Notes under the pieces: model-generated | Told to the model about the DNA's origin: nothing | Database searches by the model: none | The model's input: only the letters and a program-made list of their open reading frames with translations | Assembly (NCBI GenBank): GCA_930990665.1 | Contig: CAKNQN010000006.1 | Coordinates: 17,122-81,121 of the forward strand | Length of the DNA: 64,000 nucleotides | From: an uncultured Clostridia bacterium | GTDB taxonomy: Bacteria; Bacillota; Clostridia; Christensenellales; Borkfalkiaceae | Direction of reading: 5' to 3' | In this document: positions 15,615 to 24,620 of the stretch, one piece after another | How the letters are laid out: each line of letters opens with the position of its first letter | Numbering within the stretch: the first letter of the stretch is position 1 | Program-made: the position numbers and the translations under genes

Positions 15615-18600
15615 TCAGTCTTTTTTCTTTTTCAGGCAGAGGACCGCCGCGCCCGCGAACAGGAGCCCCGCCGCAGCGACGATGCCCGTGCCCGCAACAG
15701 CCGAAGAACAGCCGCCGCCCTTTTCGTTGCTGCCCGCAGCGCCGACCGTGATCGTGATCGTGCCGGTGACCGAACGGCCGTCTACCGTGACGCGGAAGGT
15801 GAGCGTCTGCTGGCCCTCCGTCTCGGCGTCGTAACCGGTCACGCGCGCGTCCGTCAGATCGATCGCGTCCGCGCCGACCGTACCGGAAGCATAGACCGCA
15901 TGCGCCGTGATGCCGAATTCGCTGATCCAGCCGGCGATGTCCATCTCGGTGCCGAGATCGACCGCGAGCGGCTTGGAAGAGGTGATCTGCAGGCCGGTGA
16001 CCGAATCGGTGACCGTCACCGTGAAGGAGACCGACTTGATCACCGCGTCGTTGTAGCGAAGTTCCGCCGTGACCGTGGTGCTGCCGATGGCTTTGCCGGT
16101 GATCATGCCGCTGACGCTGATCGTGGCCACCTTCTCGTCCGCCACTTCATAGAACCATTCGCCGTGCGTCGCATACGAAGGGATGGTCTGCACATTGGCG
16201 GCATGCTGCTGGCCGAGGCCGATGGAGACCGTCTCTTCCAGCACGACGCCGTCTACGGGCGCGATGGTATAGTTGAATGCGTTCTGGCCCTGGCTGTACT
16301 TGAAGACGACGTCGTAGGCGAGTTCGCCGACCTTGACATAGTCCCCGTCGCCGGTGACGTTGTGGTTGGAATCTTCGTCGCCGAACCAGCGGTAGAAGCA
16401 CATGCCCTTTTTCAGGATGATCTTATCCCCGTCCTGCGCGGCGAGATAGCTGTCGCCGCTCTCGTTCTTGTCGACGCCGATATACTGATTTCCGACGTGC
16501 ACGTCGAAGCCGAGCATGTTCTGCAGGAAGCCCGGATTGTTGATCGTAGCTTCGGTGCCGTCTGCGCGGATGTACTGCATATAGTCGGTGACGTTCTTGC
16601 CGTCAGCCCCCAGCGCGGAAGCATACACGTTGGCGGTGTTGGGGAAGGTCTTCTGGAAATAGATGAGGAAGAGGGTCTCGCCCCAGAAATTGGGATCCAT
16701 CGGGATGTTCATGTTGTCGGGATACACTTCGATGACTTCGTGTACCTCCGTCTCGATCTCGATCGTATCGCTGATGTCGACGCCGTTGTCGTTGATGGTC
16801 ACATTCAGGGAGACCGTGTGCGTGCCGACAGAGGTGTCGAGCGTGTACTCACCCACCGTGACCGCGCTCTTGTCCAGCGAGATCACGTCGCTGTAATAGC
16901 CGTCGCCGTAGTCGATCTTGACGTCGATGTTGCCGAGTTTCAGAGCGGTGTCGTCTTCGGAAAGATGGAAGGTGCGATCGTTGTCGAGAACGATGCCCGC
17001 CGCCTCGGTGTCTTTGACGGTGACGGTGATCGTCTGCGTGCCCGACAGTTTGCCCATCGAGATCTCGACCGTCGCCGTGCCGGGAGCCACAGCCGTGATG
17101 GCGCCGTCTTCGACGGTGATATACTCGGAGCCGCTCGTGATCGCAAAGGAAACTTCACCGTACGCGCCGGAAGGGGCAACCGCCACTTTCGGGGCATACG
17201 TCGCGCCGTTGGGAAGGGTCACTTCCGTCTCTTCCAGCGTAAACCCGGTCGCCTCGGCGACGAAGTTCTGCCATGCGCTGCCGTCCCAGACGTATTTTAT
17301 TTCGCCGGGGAACTTGTAGTAAGCAACCCATGTTTCATCGATATAGCGGAACATGCGGAAATCTTCGGTAAAGGTGAGCACGGTGCCGGCGGGGATATTG
17401 ATCTGCCCGGCGCTGTTCGTATAGCCGCCGAAATAGACGGTCATTTGCAGGAAAGTGATCTCGCCGACCGTATACAGCTCGTGCGTGGCGGGGCTTTCCA
17501 CCCAACTCGGCTCGACCATGGTCGCCATGGTGTTGGTAATGCCGTATTCGGGATGGCTGCGGAAATCGATGATATGTTCGTTGGTCGCCTCTCCCTGGTT
17601 GTCGTCTAATACATCAAACAGATAAATGTTGATCGCCGAACCGTGCTGTAACAGCCTGGACGGAGCAACGTGATCTTTGACTTCCGTCACTTCGTAGACA
17701 TAGACGGGCACGTCGGAAGATACGCCGGGATACGCCTCGCTCGTGACCGTGATGGCCGTTTCGCCCTCCTGCGCATTGCTGAATTTTTCCAGGCTGATCA
17801 TGTCCGCCGTCACGGCAAACGATTCACCCGTCACCCCGTTGCTGTACACCGGAGTCGCCGTCAAACGGGAAGCGGCAAACGTCTTGTCAAGCTCCTCCCC
17901 GACGTACGCGACGAGGAACTGTTTGCCGTCGCGCGTGGCGGCACCCTTGATGTCAAAACGGAAGCTCGTCACTTTCGCAGGCTCACCTACGGTGATTTCA
18001 ATCTCTTTATCGAATCCGGAGAAATGCGCGGTGATCGTGACGTTGCCGTCAGACACACCTTTCACAAGCCCGTTCGAATCTACGGTAGCAACGGCAGGAT
18101 CGCTGGAAGTATAGATGGGCAACTCATACTCGCCTTCACCGAACGTCCATTCCAGCTGAAGAGACTGCCCCGTGCCGAAATCTTCGAACATATCGGCATT
18201 GGAAAGGGTTGCAGAAGTGGCCGCGGGTGCGGGAGCCCACTGCGAACCGTCAAATTTGAAAGAAAGGTTTGAGCCGAGAATGGCAAGCGGGGTGTAACAG
18301 GAAGCAGATGTTAAATACTGATTACCGCTGATGGCGTCTCTCGTTCCTGTCGCCTGGTATATAACCATTCCCGCTTTCAAAGTGAGGATCGATCCGCTGG
18401 AAGCGTGCGAAGAAGCATCACCGATCGCCACTGTACCATTGTGCAAGACATATCTCGTCGCGTCCCATCCGCCGAACGATGTGAACATGATATGATTATC
18501 ATACATGTTAGCCAAATTTCCGCCGATCGAGCCCTGCGGCAGCCAGCCAGAGCCAACGTCAAGAAGCGTGTCCCCCTCCTGTACATTGCTATAGCCGAAA

Positions 18601-19175
18601 TCAAACTGAATGCAACCGCCAGACAAAAATACCGCTACGTTGTGATTGACGGTGACATCCGACGCAGAGATCGCATCGCCGACAAAGCTGCCCGTCCATT
18701 CGCCGCCGGTATAGGTTACGGTGACCGCCTCGCCCAGCGTAAAGGTCTTCGAGCCGTCTTCATTGGAGAATGAAAAATCCGTCGTGAAGGAGATGGTATC
18801 CCCTTCCGCATACTGCACGGCGCCGTCAGAGACGGAATCCTCCGCAAAAGAGATCTGAATGCGCGGCAGGACCGCCTTCGTATCGAAATAATACGTCACG
18901 CCCGAAACGGTGCGCGTTCCGTCCGCCGTGGTGTAGGTGACCCCCGCCACTTCGGAATCGGTAAAAGACGCGGTACCGAGATTTTTGTTGATGACAAAAG
19001 TTACTTTTGCATCCCCGTCGCCGTTGGCCAGCGTATCGACATCGATCAGCCGGCTTACGGAAGCATCTACGCTTTCGGCTTTTACCGCATACGTCATCGC
19101 GGCGACAAACCCATAGATCGCCAGAGCGAACGCGATGCACAGCGAAAGCAGAACGCTTGTTCTTTGCTTGCTCAT
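15615..19175 (-). CDS. large secreted surface protein with bacterial Ig-like domains and a C-terminal membrane anchor
   Basis: Signal peptide; Big_2-like segments (YTSSDPAVATVDSNGLVKGVSDGNVTITA, VADEKVATISVSGMITGKAIGSTTVTA); Big_3-like segments; ends GGGCSS + TM + KKKKD. Confidence 0.85.
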   Translation of the reverse strand: MSKQRTSVLLSLCIAFALAIYGFVAAMTYAVKAESVDASVSRLIDVDTLANGDGDAKVTFVINKNLGTASFTDSEVAGVTYTTADGTRTVSGVTYYFDTKAVLPRIQISFAEDSVSDGAVQYAEGDTISFTTDFSFSNEDGSKTFTLGEAVTVTYTGGEWTGSFVGDAISASDVTVNHNVAVFLSGGCIQFDFGYSNVQEGDTLLDVGSGWLPQGSIGGNLANMYDNHIMFTSFGGWDATRYVLHNGTVAIGDASSHASSGSILTLKAGMVIYQATGTRDAISGNQYLTSASCYTPLAILGSNLSFKFDGSQWAPAPAATSATLSNADMFEDFGTGQSLQLEWTFGEGEYELPIYTSSDPAVATVDSNGLVKGVSDGNVTITAHFSGFDKEIEITVGEPAKVTSFRFDIKGAATRDGKQFLVAYVGEELDKTFAASRLTATPVYSNGVTGESFAVTADMISLEKFSNAQEGETAITVTSEAYPGVSSDVPVYVYEVTEVKDHVAPSRLLQHGSAINIYLFDVLDDNQGEATNEHIIDFRSHPEYGITNTMATMVEPSWVESPATHELYTVGEITFLQMTVYFGGYTNSAGQINIPAGTVLTFTEDFRMFRYIDETWVAYYKFPGEIKYVWDGSAWQNFVAEATGFTLEETEVTLPNGATYAPKVAVAPSGAYGEVSFAITSGSEYITVEDGAITAVAPGTATVEISMGKLSGTQTITVTVKDTEAAGIVLDNDRTFHLSEDDTALKLGNIDVKIDYGDGYYSDVISLDKSAVTVGEYTLDTSVGTHTVSLNVTINDNGVDISDTIEIETEVHEVIEVYPDNMNIPMDPNFWGETLFLIYFQKTFPNTANVYASALGADGKNVTDYMQYIRADGTEATINNPGFLQNMLGFDVHVGNQYIGVDKNESGDSYLAAQDGDKIILKKGMCFYRWFGDEDSNHNVTGDGDYVKVGELAYDVVFKYSQGQNAFNYTIAPVDGVVLEETVSIGLGQQHAANVQTIPSYATHGEWFYEVADEKVATISVSGMITGKAIGSTTVTAELRYNDAVIKSVSFTVTVTDSVTGLQITSSKPLAVDLGTEMDIAGWISEFGITAHAVYASGTVGADAIDLTDARVTGYDAETEGQQTLTFRVTVDGRSVTGTITITVGAAGSNEKGGGCSSAVAGTGIVAAAGLLFAGAAVLCLKKKKD

Positions 19176-19235
19176 AAATCCCTCCTGATAATTTTATTTT
19201 TTTCGGCGGCGCCCTGCCGCCGTCTGAGCCTTTTC

Positions 19236-19272
19236 CCCGCCCCGCCGCCTCCGCGGCGGGGCGGGTCCTTTT
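19236..19272. terminator. GC-rich hairpin / internal terminator
   Basis: CCCGCCCCGCCGC-CTCC-GCGGCGGGGCGGG immediately after the stop of the upstream lipoprotein gene. Confidence 0.55.
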
Positions 19273-21303
19273 TTAATATCCGTACGAGTAGTTCAGCCTG
19301 CCGATGGGCGCGGAATCCCCCGTCACATAGTAGTCCATGATGTCGGTATAATTTGTGACGTTGTCCGCTACCTTAAACTCGAAGGCAAAATTCTCCGCCG
19401 TAAGCCCCAGCATCGAAAGCGGCACCGTGATCATCATCTTGTTGCCCTCGATCTGCATCGACGCCGACCCGACGCTCTGCCACGTCCAGCCGCCCGCGCT
19501 CTTTTCCACGCTCGCCGCTCCCCCCGAAGGGCTGCGGTTGATGATGTAATCGTATCCTTCCCAGTTGCCCGATGCGGCGGATGCCTTCGTGCTGATCAGG
19601 ATGTTCATCCAGTTTTCCCCGCCCGCATACGCCTGTATGTCGTTCAGCGTTTCAATGTAGAAATAGACGTTCTCCCCGTCGTGCAACACCTTCACGAGCG
19701 ATATGTCGTTGCGGTTGGAAAAGTCCGAATACCAGCTGCCGATCAGTCCCTGTTCGCGCGCTTCCTCGCGGATGTCGAACCCGTAAAAGTCGCGCTCGAT
19801 CGCATCCCCCGTGAAATCGCGGTAGACCGTCTGCGCATCATCGAAATCCGCAAAGGATGCGGGCGTGCCCGTCTGCCAGTCGTACCCTTCCGTCTTCGCG
19901 TCGCCGTACTTGTACTTGCGCACGTTGCGCACCAGCTGCAGATAGAAGTTGTCTTTGTAATAGTATTTGTCCATCTCCATGTCGCGGGAGAACTGGGCAT
20001 TGAAGTTGTCGACGTAGCGGATCTCGTCCACTTCGATGTTGTATTTCCAGGCCAGCCACTCGTTCCAGCCGGTGACCGTGACCATCTCGACCGTCTTGCC
20101 GGTGTCTTCATAGTAATAGACGCTCTGCCACTGGTCCTCTATGTTCCTGCCCGCCGTCCAGTCCTCTTCGATGACGTAATCCGCTTCGTTGAAGCCCTTC
20201 GAACTGCGCATATTGCCGCTGCCGCCGTTGATGACGTAGGAAGAGTAGGCCGTGGGCGAGGTGCCGTGCTGCGCCACGTTCACGTTGACCATCTTGTTCT
20301 CTTCAAAATAGAAGTTTCGCTGCGGCGTATCCGACCAGTCCATCCACGGGAACCCGTCCGACTGCGACGCTTGCGACGGCCACTGCGATTCGCGCACGTC
20401 GAAATACTGCTGCAGCTCCGCCGAGATGTCCACGCGGTTGGCCCCCGTCTGATCGGTGCCCTCGTTCTTTTCGGTAGTGCCCACGATCATCGGCTTGCTG
20501 TTCGGCGCGAACCAGATGGAATCGTATTTCCCGCTCGCGTAGAACTGATCGTAGATCTGCTGCACCCGCTCCCCCGACTTGTTGTTGGTATAGAAGACGA
20601 CCTTCGGCACGTCCCAGCCCTGCTCAGAAAGTTTGAGGATGGTATCGAGCACGGTATAGGTGGGACGGGAGAGCTGTACGCTCTTTTCGTCGCCTGAATC
20701 CAGCTGGAAGTTGGGGTTGACGTTCTCTGCGTAGGTGTATTCGTTGGTGGTATCGAAAAAGATGAAGTCGACGTCCGCCATGGCCAGAAGCTCCATGTGG
20801 CGGGTGATCACCCACTCGTCGGCGGTATTGTAATAGCCGTAGAGGGGCTCCGTCGTCCAGTGCACGTAGTTGTTGGGACTCTGCATGCCGTCCGGATAGC
20901 CCATTTCGGCATTTTCGGTGCCGGGGATGATGTCCCCGATGCCGTAGGCGTTGCCCGACCGGTCCTTGTTGTGAATGGCCGCATACGCGCCGTTTTCGCT
21001 GAGCTGCAGCTTGGTCACGTCGTACACGCCCGCCGACGAGAGATGGGTGCCCAGCCAGAGAAAGTAGAACACGCCGACATAGCGTTCGTGGTCCGTCTTT
21101 TTGCGGTGCATGGGCGTGATCTCGCGGCCGAGCTGGTCGGTGGCGGAAAAACTCGCCTTGGTAAAGTCGTATTCGTTGAGCGTGCGGCGGGCGTCCGTCT
21201 TGCCGGAATCCCCCGACGTGCCGGACGAACAGCCGGCAAACAGCCCGATCACCGCCGCGAGCGACAGAGCCGCAACGGACAGAAATTTTCGGAATCCTTT
21301 CAT
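19273..21303 (-). CDS. lipoprotein, GH99/GH71-like glycoside hydrolase with a C-terminal DOMON/CBM9-like domain
   Basis: Start reassigned to ATG 21303 (MKGFRKFL, lipobox FAG-C). Motifs ATDQLGR, VGVFYFLW, EPLYGYY, DFIFFDTTN, VTGWNEW. Confidence 0.7.
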   Translation of the reverse strand: MKGFRKFLSVAALSLAAVIGLFAGCSSGTSGDSGKTDARRTLNEYDFTKASFSATDQLGREITPMHRKKTDHERYVGVFYFLWLGTHLSSAGVYDVTKLQLSENGAYAAIHNKDRSGNAYGIGDIIPGTENAEMGYPDGMQSPNNYVHWTTEPLYGYYNTADEWVITRHMELLAMADVDFIFFDTTNEYTYAENVNPNFQLDSGDEKSVQLSRPTYTVLDTILKLSEQGWDVPKVVFYTNNKSGERVQQIYDQFYASGKYDSIWFAPNSKPMIVGTTEKNEGTDQTGANRVDISAELQQYFDVRESQWPSQASQSDGFPWMDWSDTPQRNFYFEENKMVNVNVAQHGTSPTAYSSYVINGGSGNMRSSKGFNEADYVIEEDWTAGRNIEDQWQSVYYYEDTGKTVEMVTVTGWNEWLAWKYNIEVDEIRYVDNFNAQFSRDMEMDKYYYKDNFYLQLVRNVRKYKYGDAKTEGYDWQTGTPASFADFDDAQTVYRDFTGDAIERDFYGFDIREEAREQGLIGSWYSDFSNRNDISLVKVLHDGENVYFYIETLNDIQAYAGGENWMNILISTKASAASGNWEGYDYIINRSPSGGAASVEKSAGGWTWQSVGSASMQIEGNKMMITVPLSMLGLTAENFAFEFKVADNVTNYTDIMDYYVTGDSAPIGRLNYSYGY

Positions 21304-21326
21304 GTTTTTCTCCCTTTGATAGCGGT

Positions 21327-22187
21327 TCAGCCTTTGAGGCCGGCCGTCTGCACTCCCTCGATCAGGTATTTCTGGAAGACGGTAAAGAGGATGGTGGGTA
21401 CGAGCGAAGTGATGGTCGCCGCGGCAAAGATCCATTCGGGATGGACGGAGTTGGTCTCGCGGCCGGTCATGTCGTACAGCGCATAGGCGAGCGTGTACGG
21501 GGCGTCCGTGCTGTTGTTGTACATGGACGGCGTGAGGTAATCCCCCCACGCGGCGATGAACGCGCTCACGCCCAGGTAGATGAGGATGGGCGCGCACAGC
21601 GGCATGCAGATGACAAAGCAGCGCACCAAGGCGTTGGCGCCGTCCAGCTTGGCGCTCTCCTCCATTTCCCGCGGCACGCTCATCAGAAACTGCCGCGTGA
21701 GAAATACGTTCATGGCGCCCGAAAAGAAGATGCCGGGCAAAAACAGAGGCAGCAGCGTGTTGGTCATGCCGAGGTCGTTGTACAGCACATACAGCGGGAT
21801 CTGCGTGACGATGCCGGGCAAGAGCGCCGTGACCATCATGACCGAAAAGACAAAGCTGCGCCCGATCCATTCGAGTTTTGCGAACGCATACGCCGCGAGC
21901 ATGGATGCGAACGGCGTGGATACGAACACGATCGCGCACACCGCGATGCTGTACACGAGCGGCATGCCGTAGCCGCCGTCGCGGAACGCCGCGACGTAGT
22001 TGGAAAAATGCAGCCCGTCCGTCCAATAGTGCATGTACGAGTCGAGGATCCATTCGTTGGACATCAGCCCGCGGTTGAGCATGAACACGTACGGGAAGAG
22101 CAGGATGACGGCGATGAGCACGAGAAAGAAATACATGACCCCTTTCACGGCGTTCGACCGGATTTTTTGCTTCTGATTAGTTGTCAT
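21327..22187 (-). CDS. carbohydrate ABC transporter permease (MalG-like)
   Basis: AAYAFAK; EAA loop VPREMEESAKLDGA; C-terminal FQKYLIEGVQTAGLKG. Confidence 0.93.
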   Translation of the reverse strand: MTTNQKQKIRSNAVKGVMYFFLVLIAVILLFPYVFMLNRGLMSNEWILDSYMHYWTDGLHFSNYVAAFRDGGYGMPLVYSIAVCAIVFVSTPFASMLAAYAFAKLEWIGRSFVFSVMMVTALLPGIVTQIPLYVLYNDLGMTNTLLPLFLPGIFFSGAMNVFLTRQFLMSVPREMEESAKLDGANALVRCFVICMPLCAPILIYLGVSAFIAAWGDYLTPSMYNNSTDAPYTLAYALYDMTGRETNSVHPEWIFAAATITSLVPTILFTVFQKYLIEGVQTAGLKG

Positions 22188-23142
22188 ACTGCACCCACTT
22201 GTTTGTCTTGAACAGCAGCGCCGTCACAAGCCCCACCGCGACCACCAGCACCCAGGCCAGGGCGCAGGCGTAACCCATATTCGTGCGGCGGAAAGCTTCG
22301 AGATAGATCTTCAGTCCGAACATCAGGGTGGCGTTGCCGTTGCCCGCGCCGGTGTTCGGCGCGAACGTGAGCGTGCCGTTGAACTGCAATGTCACGATAA
22401 AGTTTGTGATGAGGTTGTAGAACACCATCGGCGTGGACATGGGCAGGGTGATCGAGAAGAACCGGCGCACCGCGCCCGCCCCGTCGATCTCGGCGGCCTC
22501 GTACAGCTGGCGGGGTATGTTCTTGAACTGCGCCAGCCAGATGATGGTGCCGCCACCCAGGCTCCACAGGTTCATCAGCACGATGGACGCCACCGCGCTG
22601 AAATTGTCGGCATAGAAGAAGCGCGACATGGGCAGTCCCACCGCGGCGAGCATCTGGTTGAAAAGTCCCGGCGTCTCCACGTTGTAGCGCATGATGTAGC
22701 TCCACACGATGCCGCTGACGATGGCGGGCATCGTGCAGGGAAGATAGAACAGCACCCGGAACGCCTTGATCCCCTTGAGATTGGCGTTAAGAAAGAGGGC
22801 CAGAAGATAGGAGCCGCACAGCGTGACGGGAATGTTGACGAGCGCGAACAGCAGCGTGTTCGCCATGACCTTCGGCATGTCCGAATCGCCGGAAAAGATC
22901 TCTATGTAGTTGCCGAGCCCGACAAAGTCAAAGCGCGAGGTCATGTTGTAATCGTAAAAGGAATAGTACAGCGACTGGATGATGGGATACAGCGTGAACA
23001 CGCAGATGCCGAACACCATGGGAAGAATGAACAGCCAGCCGGTCACGCTCCCCTTGATGCGCTTTTTCAGGCGGGAGGGGCGCCTTGCGGGGGCGGTTGC
23101 AACGCCTTCCGCAAAGCCTTCCTTTACCCTTTCTGTAACCAT
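22177..23142 (-). CDS. carbohydrate ABC transporter permease (MalF-like)
   Basis: FVGLGNY, FRVLFYLP, EAA loop IPRQLYEAAEIDGA, MGYACA. Confidence 0.93.
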   Translation of the reverse strand: MVTERVKEGFAEGVATAPARRPSRLKKRIKGSVTGWLFILPMVFGICVFTLYPIIQSLYYSFYDYNMTSRFDFVGLGNYIEIFSGDSDMPKVMANTLLFALVNIPVTLCGSYLLALFLNANLKGIKAFRVLFYLPCTMPAIVSGIVWSYIMRYNVETPGLFNQMLAAVGLPMSRFFYADNFSAVASIVLMNLWSLGGGTIIWLAQFKNIPRQLYEAAEIDGAGAVRRFFSITLPMSTPMVFYNLITNFIVTLQFNGTLTFAPNTGAGNGNATLMFGLKIYLEAFRRTNMGYACALAWVLVVAVGLVTALLFKTNKWVQYDN

Positions 23143-23143
23143 T

Positions 23144-24595
23144 TTACGCGATCGCCTCCGTCAGATCTTCTTCGCAGATGGCGATGCACATCTCCACCGA
23201 ACGGGGCGTCGTGGCGCCCGTAAGTCCCGGATCGACGAGGTTGCGCATGAAATTCTGCAGCGCCGAATAGATGTCGAAGGTCGCGGAAGGATCCTGCGTG
23301 ATGAAGAACTTCGAGGAAACCTTGTAGTCGCGCCACTGCAGCCAGGCGTCGAGGTTGATGTCGCTGTAGCCCTTCGACCAGGTCTTGCCCTCGGCAAGGT
23401 CGATGCGGATGGAAGGGGTGGCCATGCCCGCGTTGATCAGCGCCTGCTGGCCGTCGTACGAGATCATATATTTGAGGAACTGCCACGCCAGGTCGCGCGT
23501 GGTCTCGTCGGCGAGAGAACTGATGCCCCAGCCCGCAAACCCGCAGCCGATGGCGGGATTCGTCAGCCCCGCATCTTCGTCGAGAATAAGCGGGAAAGGC
23601 AGCGCGTCGAACTTGCCGTTCACGCCCGCGTTCAGAGCCATGGAAGCGGGACCGCTGGACGAGAAATGGAAGGCCACCCGGCCGTTGGCAAAGGAGGAAC
23701 CGGAGGTGCTGCTGCGCACGATGCGGTAGTCGCCGCCGTCCTCATAAAGGTTGCGAAGCATGGTCGCCATCGCCGTCGTCGCCTCCGAATCGATGGCCAC
23801 GTTGCCTTCTTCGTCGAAGGCCTGCGAACCGTAGGAGACCATGATCGCGTTGAACACCGCCTCCCAGTCAAGATCCGCCTGCAACGCATAGCCGAGCGGG
23901 TATTTCTGCTGCCCTTCGGCCGAAACGAGATAGTCGGACATCTCTTCGCACAGCGATACGAGATCGTTCCAGGTGAAGGGGTTCTCTTCCGTGCTCTGCA
24001 GCCGCTCATCCGTCTTCACGTTGATGCCCGCATCGGCAAGCATCTCGGTGTTGTAATAGGTCACGACGGAGTCCATCGAACGGGGCACCACATAGCGGTT
24101 GCCGTCGTAGGTGCTCATGTCGAAAAATTCCGTGTAATAGTCCGCGTCCAGGCTCAGGCCTTCCTGCCCGCCCGTCTCGTTGTAGCGCGCCTGCTCGGCC
24201 GCATAGTAGGGTTCGAGGCTGATGATGCAGTTCTCGGCGACCAGATAATAGTAGTAGACGGTGTTCGTGTAGAAGAGATCGGGCACCTCCCCGGAAGAGA
24301 TGGCGCTGCTGATCGTCTCCATGTAACGGTCATCGGAAATGGCGCGGCGATCCAGCTGGATCTCGACCTTGGGGAAAAGTTCGTTGAACCCGGGAATGAG
24401 CGCCTCGATGTACCCCTCCTCCATGCCGCCGTCCGTGGTGGGCACGAGGATGCGAAGGGTGCCCTCGGTGTCGGACGCGATATCGATGTTCACGTCGTAG
24501 TCGGTGTCCGGTTTCTGTATGATCTTGGGGCGGCAGGCGGAAAACAGCCCGACCGAAAGCACCAGCGCAAGCGCCGCGCAAAGGATCTTTTTCAT
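23144..24595 (-). CDS. carbohydrate ABC transporter solute-binding lipoprotein
   Basis: Start ATG 24595 (GGAGG RBS, lipobox FSA-C); PDLF, YYNTEML, TWNDL, FANGRVAF, AWQFLKYM. Confidence 0.9.
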   Translation of the reverse strand: MKKILCAALALVLSVGLFSACRPKIIQKPDTDYDVNIDIASDTEGTLRILVPTTDGGMEEGYIEALIPGFNELFPKVEIQLDRRAISDDRYMETISSAISSGEVPDLFYTNTVYYYYLVAENCIISLEPYYAAEQARYNETGGQEGLSLDADYYTEFFDMSTYDGNRYVVPRSMDSVVTYYNTEMLADAGINVKTDERLQSTEENPFTWNDLVSLCEEMSDYLVSAEGQQKYPLGYALQADLDWEAVFNAIMVSYGSQAFDEEGNVAIDSEATTAMATMLRNLYEDGGDYRIVRSSTSGSSFANGRVAFHFSSSGPASMALNAGVNGKFDALPFPLILDEDAGLTNPAIGCGFAGWGISSLADETTRDLAWQFLKYMISYDGQQALINAGMATPSIRIDLAEGKTWSKGYSDINLDAWLQWRDYKVSSKFFITQDPSATFDIYSALQNFMRNLVDPGLTGATTPRSVEMCIAICEEDLTEAIA

Positions 24596-24620
24596 GTTGG
24601 TTCCTCCTTGGAAAAATCTT

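Noticed and set aside
21304-22053. N-terminal extension of the 926-aa ORF
   Set aside because: It overlaps the permease in another frame. The real start is the lipoprotein signal at 21303.
21327-24595. Missing ATPase in the ABC transporter as an anomaly
   Set aside because: Sugar ABC importers in Bacillota commonly share an unlinked MsmX/MsmK-type ATPase.
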